A stretch of 64,000 nucleotides of DNA, from assembly GCA_964503885.1 (NCBI GenBank), contig CAZDCD010000009.1, positions 54,526 to 118,525 on the forward strand, read 5' to 3'. Below, one piece after another: positions 31,101-40,043 of this stretch (position 1 is its first letter; each line of letters starts with the position of its first letter). The translations under genes were made by a program, and so were the position numbers. The notes below the pieces were generated by a model. That model ran no database searches, was not told the origin of the DNA, and saw nothing but the letters and a program-made list of their open reading frames with translations. Origin of the DNA: an uncultured Bacteroidales bacterium (GTDB lineage Bacteria > Bacteroidota > Bacteroidia > Bacteroidales > UBA10428).

Positions 31101-32186
31101 AGGACTCCGATGAACGGCATCCTGGGATTTGCAGAAATGCTTAACGATGAAAATCTCAGTGCAGGCAATAAGAAGAAATACCTCGATATAATCTATAGCA
31201 ACGGTAAAATGTTGGTCAACCTTATTGATGATATCATTGATTTTGCGAAAATTGAAGCAGGACAGATCAATATATCGCTCCAGGATTTTTCACTGAATAA
31301 CCTCCTTACTCAGGTTCACTCTTCATTCCTTACCGAACAGCTTAAGAAGGACAAATCTAAAGTCAAGCTCCGCATAAGAAAAGCATTCGCTAACGAAGAA
31401 TGCTTTATACAGTCTGATCCTAACCGGTTGAGGCAGATACTCACCAACCTGGTGGGAAATTCGTTCAAATTTACAAGCGAAGGATATATTGAATTCGGAT
31501 ATAAGAAGCATAAAAACAACATGCTCCATTTTTATGTCAAAGATACCGGCATTGGTATTCCGAAAGATAAACTGGATGTTATCTTTGACAGGTTTATCCA
31601 GGCCGACAGTTCCTCGACACGCAAATACGGTGGTTCGGGCCTGGGGCTTGCTATCTCCAAAGGTTTTGTCGAGCTCCTGGGAGGAGATATGTGGGCAGAA
31701 TCGGCGTACGGTGAAGGGTCCGTATTCAGTTTTACAGTTCCGTATGTTCCAGTAAAAAGTACGGCCGAAACAACTATGGGAAAAAGAAAACCCAAGAAGA
31801 ATTATGTGTGGGAAAATAAAACATTTTTGATTGCCGAAGACGATAAATTCAGTTATAAATTTCTGGAAAGCTTTCTTGTACAGACAAAAGCCAAAGTATT
31901 ACATGCTATTGACGGGAAAGAGGCTGTAAAGATCTGCAAGAACAATTCAGATATCGATCTCATACTTATGGACATTCAAATGCCTGAAATGAATGGCCTT
32001 CAGGCAACCGAGCTGATAAAAAAGTTTAATAAAAGACTTCCGATTATTGCCCAGACGGCAAATGCCATTACCGAAGAAAAGCAGCGGTGCTATGAAGCCG
32101 GATGCGACGATTTTATCACCAAACCGGTGAATATTGCCGAACTTTATACCAAGATCGATAAATGGCTTTCGGTAAGACAATTTTGA
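28125..32186 (+). CDS. Hybrid sensor histidine kinase with six PAS/PAC modules, a GAF-like spacer, HisKA, HATPase and receiver domains
   Basis: PAS modules end in recurring linkers (DISVREKTKE, NVTDLKLAEK, NVTERKITEE, DITNQLELQ, DITERKNMEE, DISERKLAE). H-box MSHEIRTPMNGILGF at about 31083. G-boxes DTGIGIP and GGSGLGLAI. Receiver LILMDIQMPEMNG. 1353 aa with no obvious TM segment, so it is probably cytoplasmic. Confidence 0.9.
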   Translation: MPDSSEYIAEKSRIRELERQITLYLTDLEKYRTIFEDAPLGIFRATLGGRYVEANNTLAKLLGYSTSSELIKSVKDISKQIYVNTSERKRLIRDIIEGNTLIKHETYFRKKDKSVFPVSITLKLAYDEQEKPLYISGILEDISVREKTKENLVNERNQLRILIDNIPDYIYLKDKNGKFILINDAFAKLVNVNNPDELTGKSDHDFFSDELIANIMKEDEIILSKGRPLLNNEESGFNRNEGKMVYVYISKIPLKDNKGRVYGLIGIARNVTDLKLAEKIIGASRANLKAVIESTKNAIWSLDKNFTLITANSHFIRFFETYFRKKITLGDNFYAQLPDKQKVRWKKILEKAFKGEHWLQEEKYKEKDIRMFFELSVNPIVDSNQEITGVTLFATNVTERKITEETIKESEERFRQLAENTSDVFILSDKFTILYANPAFERIFGRTVDDLISNPKVLEESVHPEERKSYTKYYNKRFSDKETDTEFQYRIIRKDNKIRWVWSRNYPVYNDDGKIYRYVSVISDITNQLELQSVISKARMRQKAILDNIPYLAWLKDNEGRYISVNEPFAKSFNLAPEDIIGKTDFDFCEKNIAEKYFQNDSEVMKSRKRELFEEVEIMPQGKRWMETFKTPIFNEEGKLIGLTGISRDITERKNMEENIRQREEHFGALLQNSSDAISILDSEGKIIFENSPKNRISDFALNELLGKSIFDVIHSDETENFKKIFIELKDKPGKQIKREYRSLHKNKKWIYVESIFSNQLNNRAINGIIVNSRDISERKLAELKERVYHDNLIFLSNSALDLLGLSSKEDIYRYISEKLYLFLERALVIVSSFHEDQNVFNIENVSALPDDKDLIRQLLGKDLTGLKFPNNEKFSNLTNAGIITNIKDNIDLIQFEGIRYSNLLVVLEKLKVHKIYNISLARHNKLLGNITIFTLNKSIIKFKHIIETFVHQVSVALQRSQLEYELIQAKVKAEESDKLKTAFLANMSHEIRTPMNGILGFAEMLNDENLSAGNKKKYLDIIYSNGKMLVNLIDDIIDFAKIEAGQINISLQDFSLNNLLTQVHSSFLTEQLKKDKSKVKLRIRKAFANEECFIQSDPNRLRQILTNLVGNSFKFTSEGYIEFGYKKHKNNMLHFYVKDTGIGIPKDKLDVIFDRFIQADSSSTRKYGGSGLGLAISKGFVELLGGDMWAESAYGEGSVFSFTVPYVPVKSTAETTMGKRKPKKNYVWENKTFLIAEDDKFSYKFLESFLVQTKAKVLHAIDGKEAVKICKNNSDIDLILMDIQMPEMNGLQATELIKKFNKRLPIIAQTANAITEEKQRCYEAGCDDFITKPVNIAELYTKIDKWLSVRQF

Positions 32187-32199
32187 TCACATCGCATTC

Positions 32200-33318
32200 A
32201 TGCAATTCCTTTTGACATTTACTCTGATCATCTTCCTGATATATTTTCTGATCATGCTGTTCAGCTTCATCGGTTGGAAGATAACGGCGGTATACAAGCC
32301 CGGCAACATGACTTCCACCGGATTCGACGTATCGGTGGTAATCCCTTTCAGAAACGATTTTAAAAATTTAAAAAGGCTTTTGGATGATCTGCATGCACAG
32401 GATTATCCGGCAAATCATTATGAGGTGATTGCGGTAAACGATCATTCGGAAGATATCCCCGATGACAGCTCACTCGACTCTGTATCAAACATCCTGAGAA
32501 TAAAATTCATAGACCTTCCCGGGAATTTGTCAGGCAAAAAGGCAGCACTTGATTACGGTATAAGGCATTCAACAGGTCAGCTTATTCTTATCACCGATGC
32601 CGATTGCAGGGTGTCAGAAAAATGGATCAGTACGTTTGCCGGATTCTATAGCCTGAACAACCAGCCATGCATGATCATTGGTCTTGCAATTCATGAAAAC
32701 GCTGAAACACTGATCACGCGCATACAGGCGCTCGAATTCCTGAGCCTTGTGGCAACCGGCGCAGGCGCAGCAGGTATTGGTCACCCGATCTATTGCAACG
32801 GGGCCAACCTGTTGTTTGATAAAAATTTCTACCTGGAATCTTACGATCCCACACGGAAAGATATTGTATCGGGCGACGACACCTTCATCCTTCATCAACT
32901 TAAAAAAAGCAAGGGCTGCAAAATAACACTTCTAAAATCGCATGAGGCAGTGGTAACTACCAAGGGATCTGAAAAGTTCTCCGAATTTCTGAACCAGCGC
33001 ATCAGGTGGGCTTCAAAAAGCAGACACTATAAAGACAGGGATATCCTGATTGCTGCATTCACAGTTTTCCTCTGTAATCTTGCACTGGTTTTCTGGGCTT
33101 TCACCTTGATTTTTAAAGGGTATGCATTGTATATTCTGTTGCTTGCTGCAAAAACAGGAATAGATATGTGTTTCCTGTATCCTTTCCTGGTTTTTTTTAA
33201 TAAGCACAGATTCCTTTACCTGATGCCCTTTGCAGAACTCATTTATCCGCTATACATTATTATTACCGGTATCGCCGGTAATTTTATCAGATACCGGTGG
33301 AAAGGCAGAAAATATTGA
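32200..33318 (+). CDS. Membrane-embedded family 2 glycosyltransferase with processive-synthase motifs
   Basis: N-terminal TM helix. GT-A motifs VSVVIPFRND, ITDADC (DxD) and GDD. QRIRW (32995-33009) is the Q(Q/R)xRW motif. Three or four C-terminal TM helices. Starts 13 nt after the kinase stop. Confidence 0.8.
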   Translation: MQFLLTFTLIIFLIYFLIMLFSFIGWKITAVYKPGNMTSTGFDVSVVIPFRNDFKNLKRLLDDLHAQDYPANHYEVIAVNDHSEDIPDDSSLDSVSNILRIKFIDLPGNLSGKKAALDYGIRHSTGQLILITDADCRVSEKWISTFAGFYSLNNQPCMIIGLAIHENAETLITRIQALEFLSLVATGAGAAGIGHPIYCNGANLLFDKNFYLESYDPTRKDIVSGDDTFILHQLKKSKGCKITLLKSHEAVVTTKGSEKFSEFLNQRIRWASKSRHYKDRDILIAAFTVFLCNLALVFWAFTLIFKGYALYILLLAAKTGIDMCFLYPFLVFFNKHRFLYLMPFAELIYPLYIIITGIAGNFIRYRWKGRKY

Positions 33319-33343
33319 TTCTGTATATTGGTCTTGCGAAAGA

Positions 33344-34363
33344 TTACTTCAGAATCAGCTCTGAAGAATAGGTCGTTCCTCCTGCAATAACTTTGAGAAG
33401 GTATGCTCCTGAGGTAAGTCCTATCGCTGTGGGCACTACATAAATGGAATGAAATCCTGAAATCATGTCAGGATGGCTGATTGAAGCTGCTTTCTTGCCT
33501 GACATATCATAGATATCAATCACCACGGTCTCCTCTGATTCAAGGGTGAATTGAATGGAAAAGCAGTTACCGGCAGGATTTGGAAACAGCGTGAAAAATG
33601 ACGGCGAAGTCACCTGATCGGCGATTTGCTCAGGTGCCAGGCCAAATACAGTATTATATGCAGCCTGCGTGGATATCGTGGTTCCCGTCCTGATTTCGGT
33701 TAACACCAGAAGCGGATACCTGTTTGATTCGGCATACCAGCGATAGGTCACAATACTTGTTTCCGCTGATTTTGAATCGGAATCATACGAATATGATTTT
33801 TCGGTCTTTACACGCAGCACACGTTCCGCCTTATGATTTCCCGGCAATACCAATGAACCATACCCGTCTGCCGTAACAGTATAGCCTCCATGCAGCGGCC
33901 GGGAAACGGAATTTACCGTTTCGGTGCCTGAGAATTCTCCGGAAAACTTATCGCCATAGGTAAACGGAAACTCCAGTTTAATAAAAGGTTTATCATAGTG
34001 AACAATGATCGTATTATTGCCGCCTGTGTAACCAAGCTGCTCCATCCTGTCACCGGTGATCCGGAAATAAAAATGCCCGTCAAATTCCTGAAGCTCGGAG
34101 TTTGCCTCCGGAAACAATTGTGCATTTGCAGTCTGATATGCACTTTTTACATAACCAGTAAAATCGTTCAGAGATTCTAGACCAGTGAAATCCCATAATA
34201 CATTTTCTCCTCCGTTTCCGGGACTTGCATATTTGCAAAAGATCATCTCATTATTCGATTCATTCCTGATCGCATGTGTTTCACTGGTAAGAATTACCGG
34301 CTTTTGAGCCATTATCAGCAAACCCTGAATCACACATAAACTTGTAGCAATAAATCTTTTCAT
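33344..34363 (-). CDS. Secreted protein with a T9SS C-terminal sorting domain
   Basis: Signal peptide (MKRFIATSLCVIQGLLIMAQ). The C-terminal ~80 aa (FTLFPNPAGNCFSIQF...VIDIYDMSGKK...GAYLLKVIAGGTTYSSELILK) matches the Por/T9SS CTD pattern. The N-terminal ~250 aa is unrecognised. Confidence 0.8.
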   Translation of the reverse strand: MKRFIATSLCVIQGLLIMAQKPVILTSETHAIRNESNNEMIFCKYASPGNGGENVLWDFTGLESLNDFTGYVKSAYQTANAQLFPEANSELQEFDGHFYFRITGDRMEQLGYTGGNNTIIVHYDKPFIKLEFPFTYGDKFSGEFSGTETVNSVSRPLHGGYTVTADGYGSLVLPGNHKAERVLRVKTEKSYSYDSDSKSAETSIVTYRWYAESNRYPLLVLTEIRTGTTISTQAAYNTVFGLAPEQIADQVTSPSFFTLFPNPAGNCFSIQFTLESEETVVIDIYDMSGKKAASISHPDMISGFHSIYVVPTAIGLTSGAYLLKVIAGGTTYSSELILK

Positions 34364-34442
34364 GGGTATGTTGTTTTGGTTACAATCATATCAAAGGTAT
34401 TAAATCCTGCCGACAATTTAGCCCTTGAACAGTAAGGAAATA

Positions 34443-34880
34443 TTACAGGCCGTTGGTATTCGTGCCGATAAACCCGGCAAAGATGTCCAGTGCCCTGCTG
34501 TGGTTGAAGGCCAGGGTCTTTGTTTGTGCATCGGCAATGGTAAACCATGCTGTTTCAGTTACTTCGGCAGGTTCGGGATCAAGTTCGCCTGACGCAGATC
34601 CATAAAACATCAGTACGATATTGTGAACCTTTATTTCAGGGAATATTTCATCCATATAGGTAAGAAAACTGGGGTGAAAATCGAGGTTTGTTTCTTCTTT
34701 TACTTCCCTGATGATGGCGGTTTCAGCTTTCTCAAAATGTTCGATATGTCCCCCCGGGAGGCACCACGAGCCTTTAAAAGGTTCTACATTTCTGCGTGTG
34801 AGAAGGATTTCAATTCCTTTGTTGTTTTTGCGGAATATAATTGCTCCGGCTGTTGGACTGGGCATAACCGTTTTTAACAA
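34443..34880 (-). CDS. NUDIX hydrolase
   Basis: Nudix box GGHIEHFEKAETAIIREVKEETNL (GX5EX7REUXEEXGU pattern). 145 aa. Confidence 0.85.
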   Translation of the reverse strand: MLKTVMPSPTAGAIIFRKNNKGIEILLTRRNVEPFKGSWCLPGGHIEHFEKAETAIIREVKEETNLDFHPSFLTYMDEIFPEIKVHNIVLMFYGSASGELDPEPAEVTETAWFTIADAQTKTLAFNHSRALDIFAGFIGTNTNGL

Positions 34881-35028
34881 AAATAGACTAAAAAGAGGAA
34901 AACTATACGAAATACATCTGAATTACCGCGGATTCAGAAACTCTTCAGTGAAAATAACGCATGCTGCCGGGGTGTGGACTAAGATTTCACGAATAATCAC
35001 GTTATCTTCGTAGGGTAAATTTATTCTA

Positions 35029-35625
35029 ATGCTGAAAATTGATGATACACTCGTGAGCCTGGATGTGGTGGATGCCAATTTCACCTGCGATCTTGAAAAA
35101 TGTAAAGGTGCTTGTTGTGTCCAGGGTGATTCGGGTGCCCCGTTACTGGAAGAAGAAGTAACCATTCTTGAAAAAGTAGTCCCGGATATATATGATTACC
35201 TGCAGCCTGAAGGTGTAGAAACGTTGAAAGCGAATGGAGTATTTACAATTGACAGGGACGACGAACTCGTTACTCCCCTGATCGATGGTAAAGAATGTGC
35301 ATATACGGTATTCGATGAACGCGGTATCGCCAGATGCGGAATCGAAAAAGCTTACTTCGACGGAAAAACCACGTTCAGAAAGCCTGTATCATGCCATCTG
35401 TATCCGGTAAGAATTAAGCGATACCACGATTATTATGCCGTCAATTACGACCGGTGGGGCATTTGCTCGCCTGCAATCGACAAAGGCAACAGGGAGAAAA
35501 CTCCGGTGTTCAGATTTGTGGACCAGGCTTTAAAACGCAGCTTTGGTAACGATTGGTACAAGCACCTTACCAGGGCAGCTAAAGCTTACCATCAGGAAAA
35601 AAACAAGCATGCCGAAAGTGACTGA
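35029..35625 (+). CDS. Cysteine-rich DUF3109-like protein
   Basis: FTCDLEKCKGACCVQGDSGAP plus a later CHLYP motif. The size (198 aa) and pattern match what I recall of Bacteroidota DUF3109 proteins. Assignment is from memory. Confidence 0.6.
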   Translation: MLKIDDTLVSLDVVDANFTCDLEKCKGACCVQGDSGAPLLEEEVTILEKVVPDIYDYLQPEGVETLKANGVFTIDRDDELVTPLIDGKECAYTVFDERGIARCGIEKAYFDGKTTFRKPVSCHLYPVRIKRYHDYYAVNYDRWGICSPAIDKGNREKTPVFRFVDQALKRSFGNDWYKHLTRAAKAYHQEKNKHAESD

Positions 35626-36045
35626 TGGCATTCACGGCTTCTGATAATTTATGAATTACCGGGATACCTTTAGACAACCTGCTTGTTCCGCAATATGTTT
35701 TACACCTCCCGGCATAAGGATTCCGACAAAAAGTAACACGGGAATTTCAATTTGTGTATTTTTCCTGTAAATTATTAACAGATTGTAAGCTAAAATCATA
35801 TTCTTAAGTTATGCTATAATCAGGCTTATCTGGTTGTATATTTAAATATTTATCTGTTATTCTGTATTTTATATAAATGTTAGCTGCGTTATCTTAAAAT
35901 ATTCAAGTACTTAAATAATTCAATGTTTCCCGGTATTAGTTATGATTTTAAATTATTACCCCATTTATTTTTAATCTTTCTAAACAATATATACGCTTTT
36001 TACAATTTTATATTATCTATTTAAAGGGTATTTCAAATATTTCTT

Positions 36046-36053
36046 TATATTTG
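36046..36053 (+). promoter_or_regulatory. -7 promoter box for glnN
   Basis: Exact TATATTTG, 33 nt upstream of the ATG at 36087, at the end of an AT-rich tract of about 300 bp. Confidence 0.5.
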
Positions 36054-36086
36054 CATGAAATATTAACAATTTATAACATATTGTAC

Positions 36087-38276
36087 ATGGCAGTTATCAG
36101 ATTTAATGCACTTCAGGAAGTATTCGGACGAAAACCCGTGCATGTTGAGCCTCCGAGTCATCTCACTTCGGTGTATTTCGGTATCAATGTATTTGATAGA
36201 CTTAAAATGGAAAAATACTTAACCGGTGAAGCATTTGAGCAGGTAATGGAAGCGGTCGAAAAAGGAACCCGAATCGACCGTAAAATAGCCGACCAGGTCG
36301 CCTCCGGCATGAAAACATGGGCACTGGAAATGGGAGCTACGCATTATACACACTGGTTTCAACCTCTCACAGAAGGAACGGCTGAAAAACACGATGCTTT
36401 CATCGAAACCACCTCAAACGGAAGTGTGATTGAAAACTTTTCCGGTAAACTGCTTATTCAGCAGGAACCTGATGCATCAAGCTTCCCCAGTGGCGGTATT
36501 CGCAACACTTTTGAGGCAAGGGGTTACACTGCCTGGGATCCTTCTTCCCCGGCGTTTATTGTTGGCAAAACACTCAGTATCCCTACAATTTTCGTTTCCT
36601 ATACCGGTGAAGCCCTCGACCACAAAACACCTTTACTGAAAGCACTGAATGCCATCGATAAAGCAGCAGTTGATGTTTGCCAGTATTTTGATAAAGATGT
36701 GAATAAGGTGATCTCGACCCTTGGCTGGGAACAGGAATATTTTCTGGTGGACGAAGCTCTTTATAATGCACGTCCGGACCTCACGCTAACTGAGCGGACA
36801 CTTATGGGACATGCATCGTCGAAAGACCAGCAGCTTGAGGACCACTATTTCAGTTCGATACCTGAACGTGTTTCTGAATTTATGCGTGGACTTGAGATCG
36901 AATGTTACAAGCTGGGTATTCCCGTGAAAACAAAGCACAACGAGGTTGCGCCCAACCAGTATGAATGTGCCCCGATATTTGAAGAATGCAATCTTGCTGT
37001 CGATCATAATATACTGCTTATGGATATTATGAAAAGGGTTGCCCGCCATCATAATTTCAGGATCCTGCACCATGAAAAGCCTTTCAAAGATATCAACGGT
37101 TCAGGAAAGCATAACAACTGGTCGCTGATGACGAATACAGGGGTTAATCTTCTGGCCCCGGGAAAAAATCCGAAGACAAACCTGCAGTTCCTCACATTTA
37201 TCATCAATACCATCAAATCAGTGCACAAGCACTCCGATCTGCTCAAAGCAAGCATCGCTTCTGCCGGAAATGCACATCGTCTCGGGGCTAATGAAGCGCC
37301 TCCCGCAATCATTTCGGTATTTATCGGAAGTCAGCTTTCCAAAACACTGGATCAGCTCGAAAAAATGGTTTCGAGCAAAAAGATGACGCCGGATGAAAAA
37401 ACAGAGCTCAAACTGAATGTCATCAAAGTTCCAAAAATACTGTTAGACAATACCGACAGGAACCGTACATCTCCATTTGCATTTACAGGAAACAAATTTG
37501 AGTTCAGGGCTGTGGGATCCTCGGCCAATTGTTCCTCGGCCATGACCGTGCTGAATACAGCCGTTGCCGAACAGCTTATTGAATTTAAGAAGGAGGCTGA
37601 TAAGCTCATCGATAAAGGCATTAAAAAAGATGAAGCCATTTTCCAGGTATTGCGAAAATACATCAGCGAATCGAAGTCGATTCGTTTTGAAGGGAACAAC
37701 TATAGCGACGACTGGAAAAAAGAAGCGAAAAAGCGGGGACTTAACGATGAAGGTAATGTACCGATCATTTATGATTCTTACCTTACGGACAAGTCGGTAA
37801 AGTTGTTTGAAAACCTGGGTATTCATACAAAACGCGAACTGACCGCCAGGAATCATGTGAGGCTGGATACATATACAAAAAAGGTGCAGATTGAATCAAG
37901 GGTGCTGGGTGACCTGGCCATCAATCACATCGTGCCGACGGCTGTTAAATACCAGACCATGCTCATTGAAAATGTGAAGGGCCTGAAAGACCTGTTCGGA
38001 AACGATGAGTTCAAAGACCTGGCTTCAGGAAGACTCGAACTGATCAAAACCATTGGTGATCAGATCAGCAGTATTAAAAGTAAGGTAAACGATATGATTG
38101 AAACGCGGAAAGTCTGCAATAAGATCGATGATGAACGTGAAAAAGCAATCGCCTACTCAAAAAAGGTATTCCCATACCTTGATGACATCAGGTACCACAT
38201 CGATAAGCTGGAACTCGTTGTGGATGATGAAATTTGGCCGTTACCGAAATACCGTGAATTGCTCTTTGCAAGATAA
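36087..38276 (+). CDS. glnN: Glutamine synthetase type III
   Basis: 729 aa from the ATG at 36087 (MAVIRFNALQEVFGRK), the classic GSIII length. THYTHWFQP, EQEYFLVD, HNEVAPNQYE and NGSGKHNNWS motifs. Confidence 0.93.
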   Translation: MAVIRFNALQEVFGRKPVHVEPPSHLTSVYFGINVFDRLKMEKYLTGEAFEQVMEAVEKGTRIDRKIADQVASGMKTWALEMGATHYTHWFQPLTEGTAEKHDAFIETTSNGSVIENFSGKLLIQQEPDASSFPSGGIRNTFEARGYTAWDPSSPAFIVGKTLSIPTIFVSYTGEALDHKTPLLKALNAIDKAAVDVCQYFDKDVNKVISTLGWEQEYFLVDEALYNARPDLTLTERTLMGHASSKDQQLEDHYFSSIPERVSEFMRGLEIECYKLGIPVKTKHNEVAPNQYECAPIFEECNLAVDHNILLMDIMKRVARHHNFRILHHEKPFKDINGSGKHNNWSLMTNTGVNLLAPGKNPKTNLQFLTFIINTIKSVHKHSDLLKASIASAGNAHRLGANEAPPAIISVFIGSQLSKTLDQLEKMVSSKKMTPDEKTELKLNVIKVPKILLDNTDRNRTSPFAFTGNKFEFRAVGSSANCSSAMTVLNTAVAEQLIEFKKEADKLIDKGIKKDEAIFQVLRKYISESKSIRFEGNNYSDDWKKEAKKRGLNDEGNVPIIYDSYLTDKSVKLFENLGIHTKRELTARNHVRLDTYTKKVQIESRVLGDLAINHIVPTAVKYQTMLIENVKGLKDLFGNDEFKDLASGRLELIKTIGDQISSIKSKVNDMIETRKVCNKIDDEREKAIAYSKKVFPYLDDIRYHIDKLELVVDDEIWPLPKYRELLFAR

Positions 38277-38324
38277 ATAATTAACTATTAAGTATCAATT
38301 TATTACTAATTAAAATTTAAGCGT

Positions 38325-39737
38325 ATGACACCAAAAGAATTTTTTGATTTTGCCAAGAAGCACAGTGCTAAAATGGTCGATCTTAAATTTGTCGACTTGC
38401 TTGGTACATGGCAACATTGTTCTTATCCGATCGATATCTGGGATGAAAGTATCTTTACAGACGGTCTCGGATTTGACGGTTCATCAATAAGAGGCTGGCA
38501 GGGTATACATCAGAGCGATATGATCGCCATACCGCAGCCCGATACAACCCAGATCGATCCGTTCTTCAAGGAACCGACAGTAAGCATAATTGCCGATATT
38601 TTCGACCCGGTAACAAAAGAACCCTATTCGCGTGATCCACGGTATATTGCCAGAAAATCAACAGATTATCTTAAGAGCACGGGGATTGCTGATACAGCCT
38701 ATATCGGACCCGAGCCCGAATTTTTCATATTCGACGAGATCAGGTTCGACCAGACACAGAACATGGGCTTTTACCAGATCGATTCGGTGGAGGGTGCATG
38801 GAATACAAACCGGATCGAAGAACCAAACCTGGGATACAAACCAAGTTATAAGGGCGGATATTTTCCGGTAAGTCCTACGGATACCTATCACGATCTGCGC
38901 AGTGAAATGGTTACAGAAATGCAGAAGATCGGCATTGTTGTTGAAGCCCATCACCACGAAGTGGCAACCGGCGGACAGTGTGAAATCGACATGAAATTCT
39001 CAGAGTTGCTGAATATGGCCGATCAGTTCATGTGGTATAAGTATATCATCAAAAACGTAGCCAAACGGTACGAAAAAACGGTAACATTCATGCCAAAGCC
39101 CATTTTTATGGATAACGGCAGTGGAATGCACAGCCATTTCTCATTATGGAAAGGCGGAAAACCATTGTTTGCAGGCGATAAATATGCCGGATTTTCACAG
39201 GAAGGATTATGGGGCATTGGCGGAATTCTGAAACATGCTGCAGCATTGCTCGCATTTGCTGCGCCAACTACAAATTCCTACCGCCGTCTGGTACCTGGTT
39301 ATGAAGCTCCTGTAAATCTTGTATATTCAGCCCGGAACCGCTCCGCAGCCATACGTATCCCTATGTACAGTGAAAACCCGAAAACCAAGAGGTTTGAATT
39401 CCGCTGTCCGGATCCGACTGCCAATGGTTACCTGTTATGGAGCGCAATGCTGATGGCTGTTCTGGATGGTATACAAAATAAGATCGATCCGGGTAAACCT
39501 ATGGATGCCAATATCTATAAATTGTCGGCGGCTGAAATGGCTACCATCAAATCGGTGCCTGGCTCTCTTGAAAAATCCCTGAAAGCTCTCGAAACCGATA
39601 ATGAATTTCTTCTCAAGGGAAATGTATTTACCAGGGACCTGATCGATACGTACATAGAATACAAGCACGAATTCGAGATCAGTGAGCTTGCACTACGGCC
39701 TCATCCCTATGAATTTGCACTGTATTACGATAACTAG
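38325..39737 (+). CDS. glnA: Glutamine synthetase type I
   Basis: [60 protein letters not shown] and [12 protein letters not shown]. 470 aa. Confidence 0.93.
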   Translation: MTPKEFFDFAKKHSAKMVDLKFVDLLGTWQHCSYPIDIWDESIFTDGLGFDGSSIRGWQGIHQSDMIAIPQPDTTQIDPFFKEPTVSIIADIFDPVTKEPYSRDPRYIARKSTDYLKSTGIADTAYIGPEPEFFIFDEIRFDQTQNMGFYQIDSVEGAWNTNRIEEPNLGYKPSYKGGYFPVSPTDTYHDLRSEMVTEMQKIGIVVEAHHHEVATGGQCEIDMKFSELLNMADQFMWYKYIIKNVAKRYEKTVTFMPKPIFMDNGSGMHSHFSLWKGGKPLFAGDKYAGFSQEGLWGIGGILKHAAALLAFAAPTTNSYRRLVPGYEAPVNLVYSARNRSAAIRIPMYSENPKTKRFEFRCPDPTANGYLLWSAMLMAVLDGIQNKIDPGKPMDANIYKLSAAEMATIKSVPGSLEKSLKALETDNEFLLKGNVFTRDLIDTYIEYKHEFEISELALRPHPYEFALYYDN

Positions 39738-39774
39738 AATTCTGAGTTGAATTACATATAGTTTGAAAACCAAT

Positions 39775-39803
39775 GAAAAAAGCCGGCTTTTGCCGGTTTT
39801 TTT
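39775..39803 (+). terminator. Rho-independent terminator after glnA
   Basis: AAAAAAGCCGGC-TTTT-GCCGGTTTTTTT: a GC stem (39783-39787 pairs with 39792-39796) extended by A:T pairs, followed by a T-run. Confidence 0.8.
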
Positions 39804-40043
39804 ATTGCTTTCTGCATAAAGCATTTGTTAATAATCCTGTTGTTGATTTGATAACATTCTGTTATTTTTAACCTAATTTTGTTTGGTAAAGCCATAAATG
39901 TGGAAAGGCATTTTGTTAACATCTTGATATAAAGTCAGATGTTTAACAAACAATTGACAAGCGAAATAACCAGGTTTGGAAATAAAATGCACATTTTATT
40001 CGTTATGGATTATGCAGGATAAACATAACAAAATAATTTCACC

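Noticed and set aside
34360-34548. 62-aa ORF bridging the T9SS-cargo gene start and the NUDIX gene end
   Set aside because: It overlaps the 3-prime end of the NUDIX gene in another frame, and has neither a motif nor a promoter box.
35626-40043. Sigma-54 promoter (TGGCAC-N5-TTGC) upstream of the glutamine synthetase genes, considered because rpoN is in the window
   Set aside because: There is no match by eye in the glnN or glnA upstream regions. The TGGCAC strings I noticed elsewhere (for example at about 14481) are inside coding sequence and lack a properly spaced TTGC.
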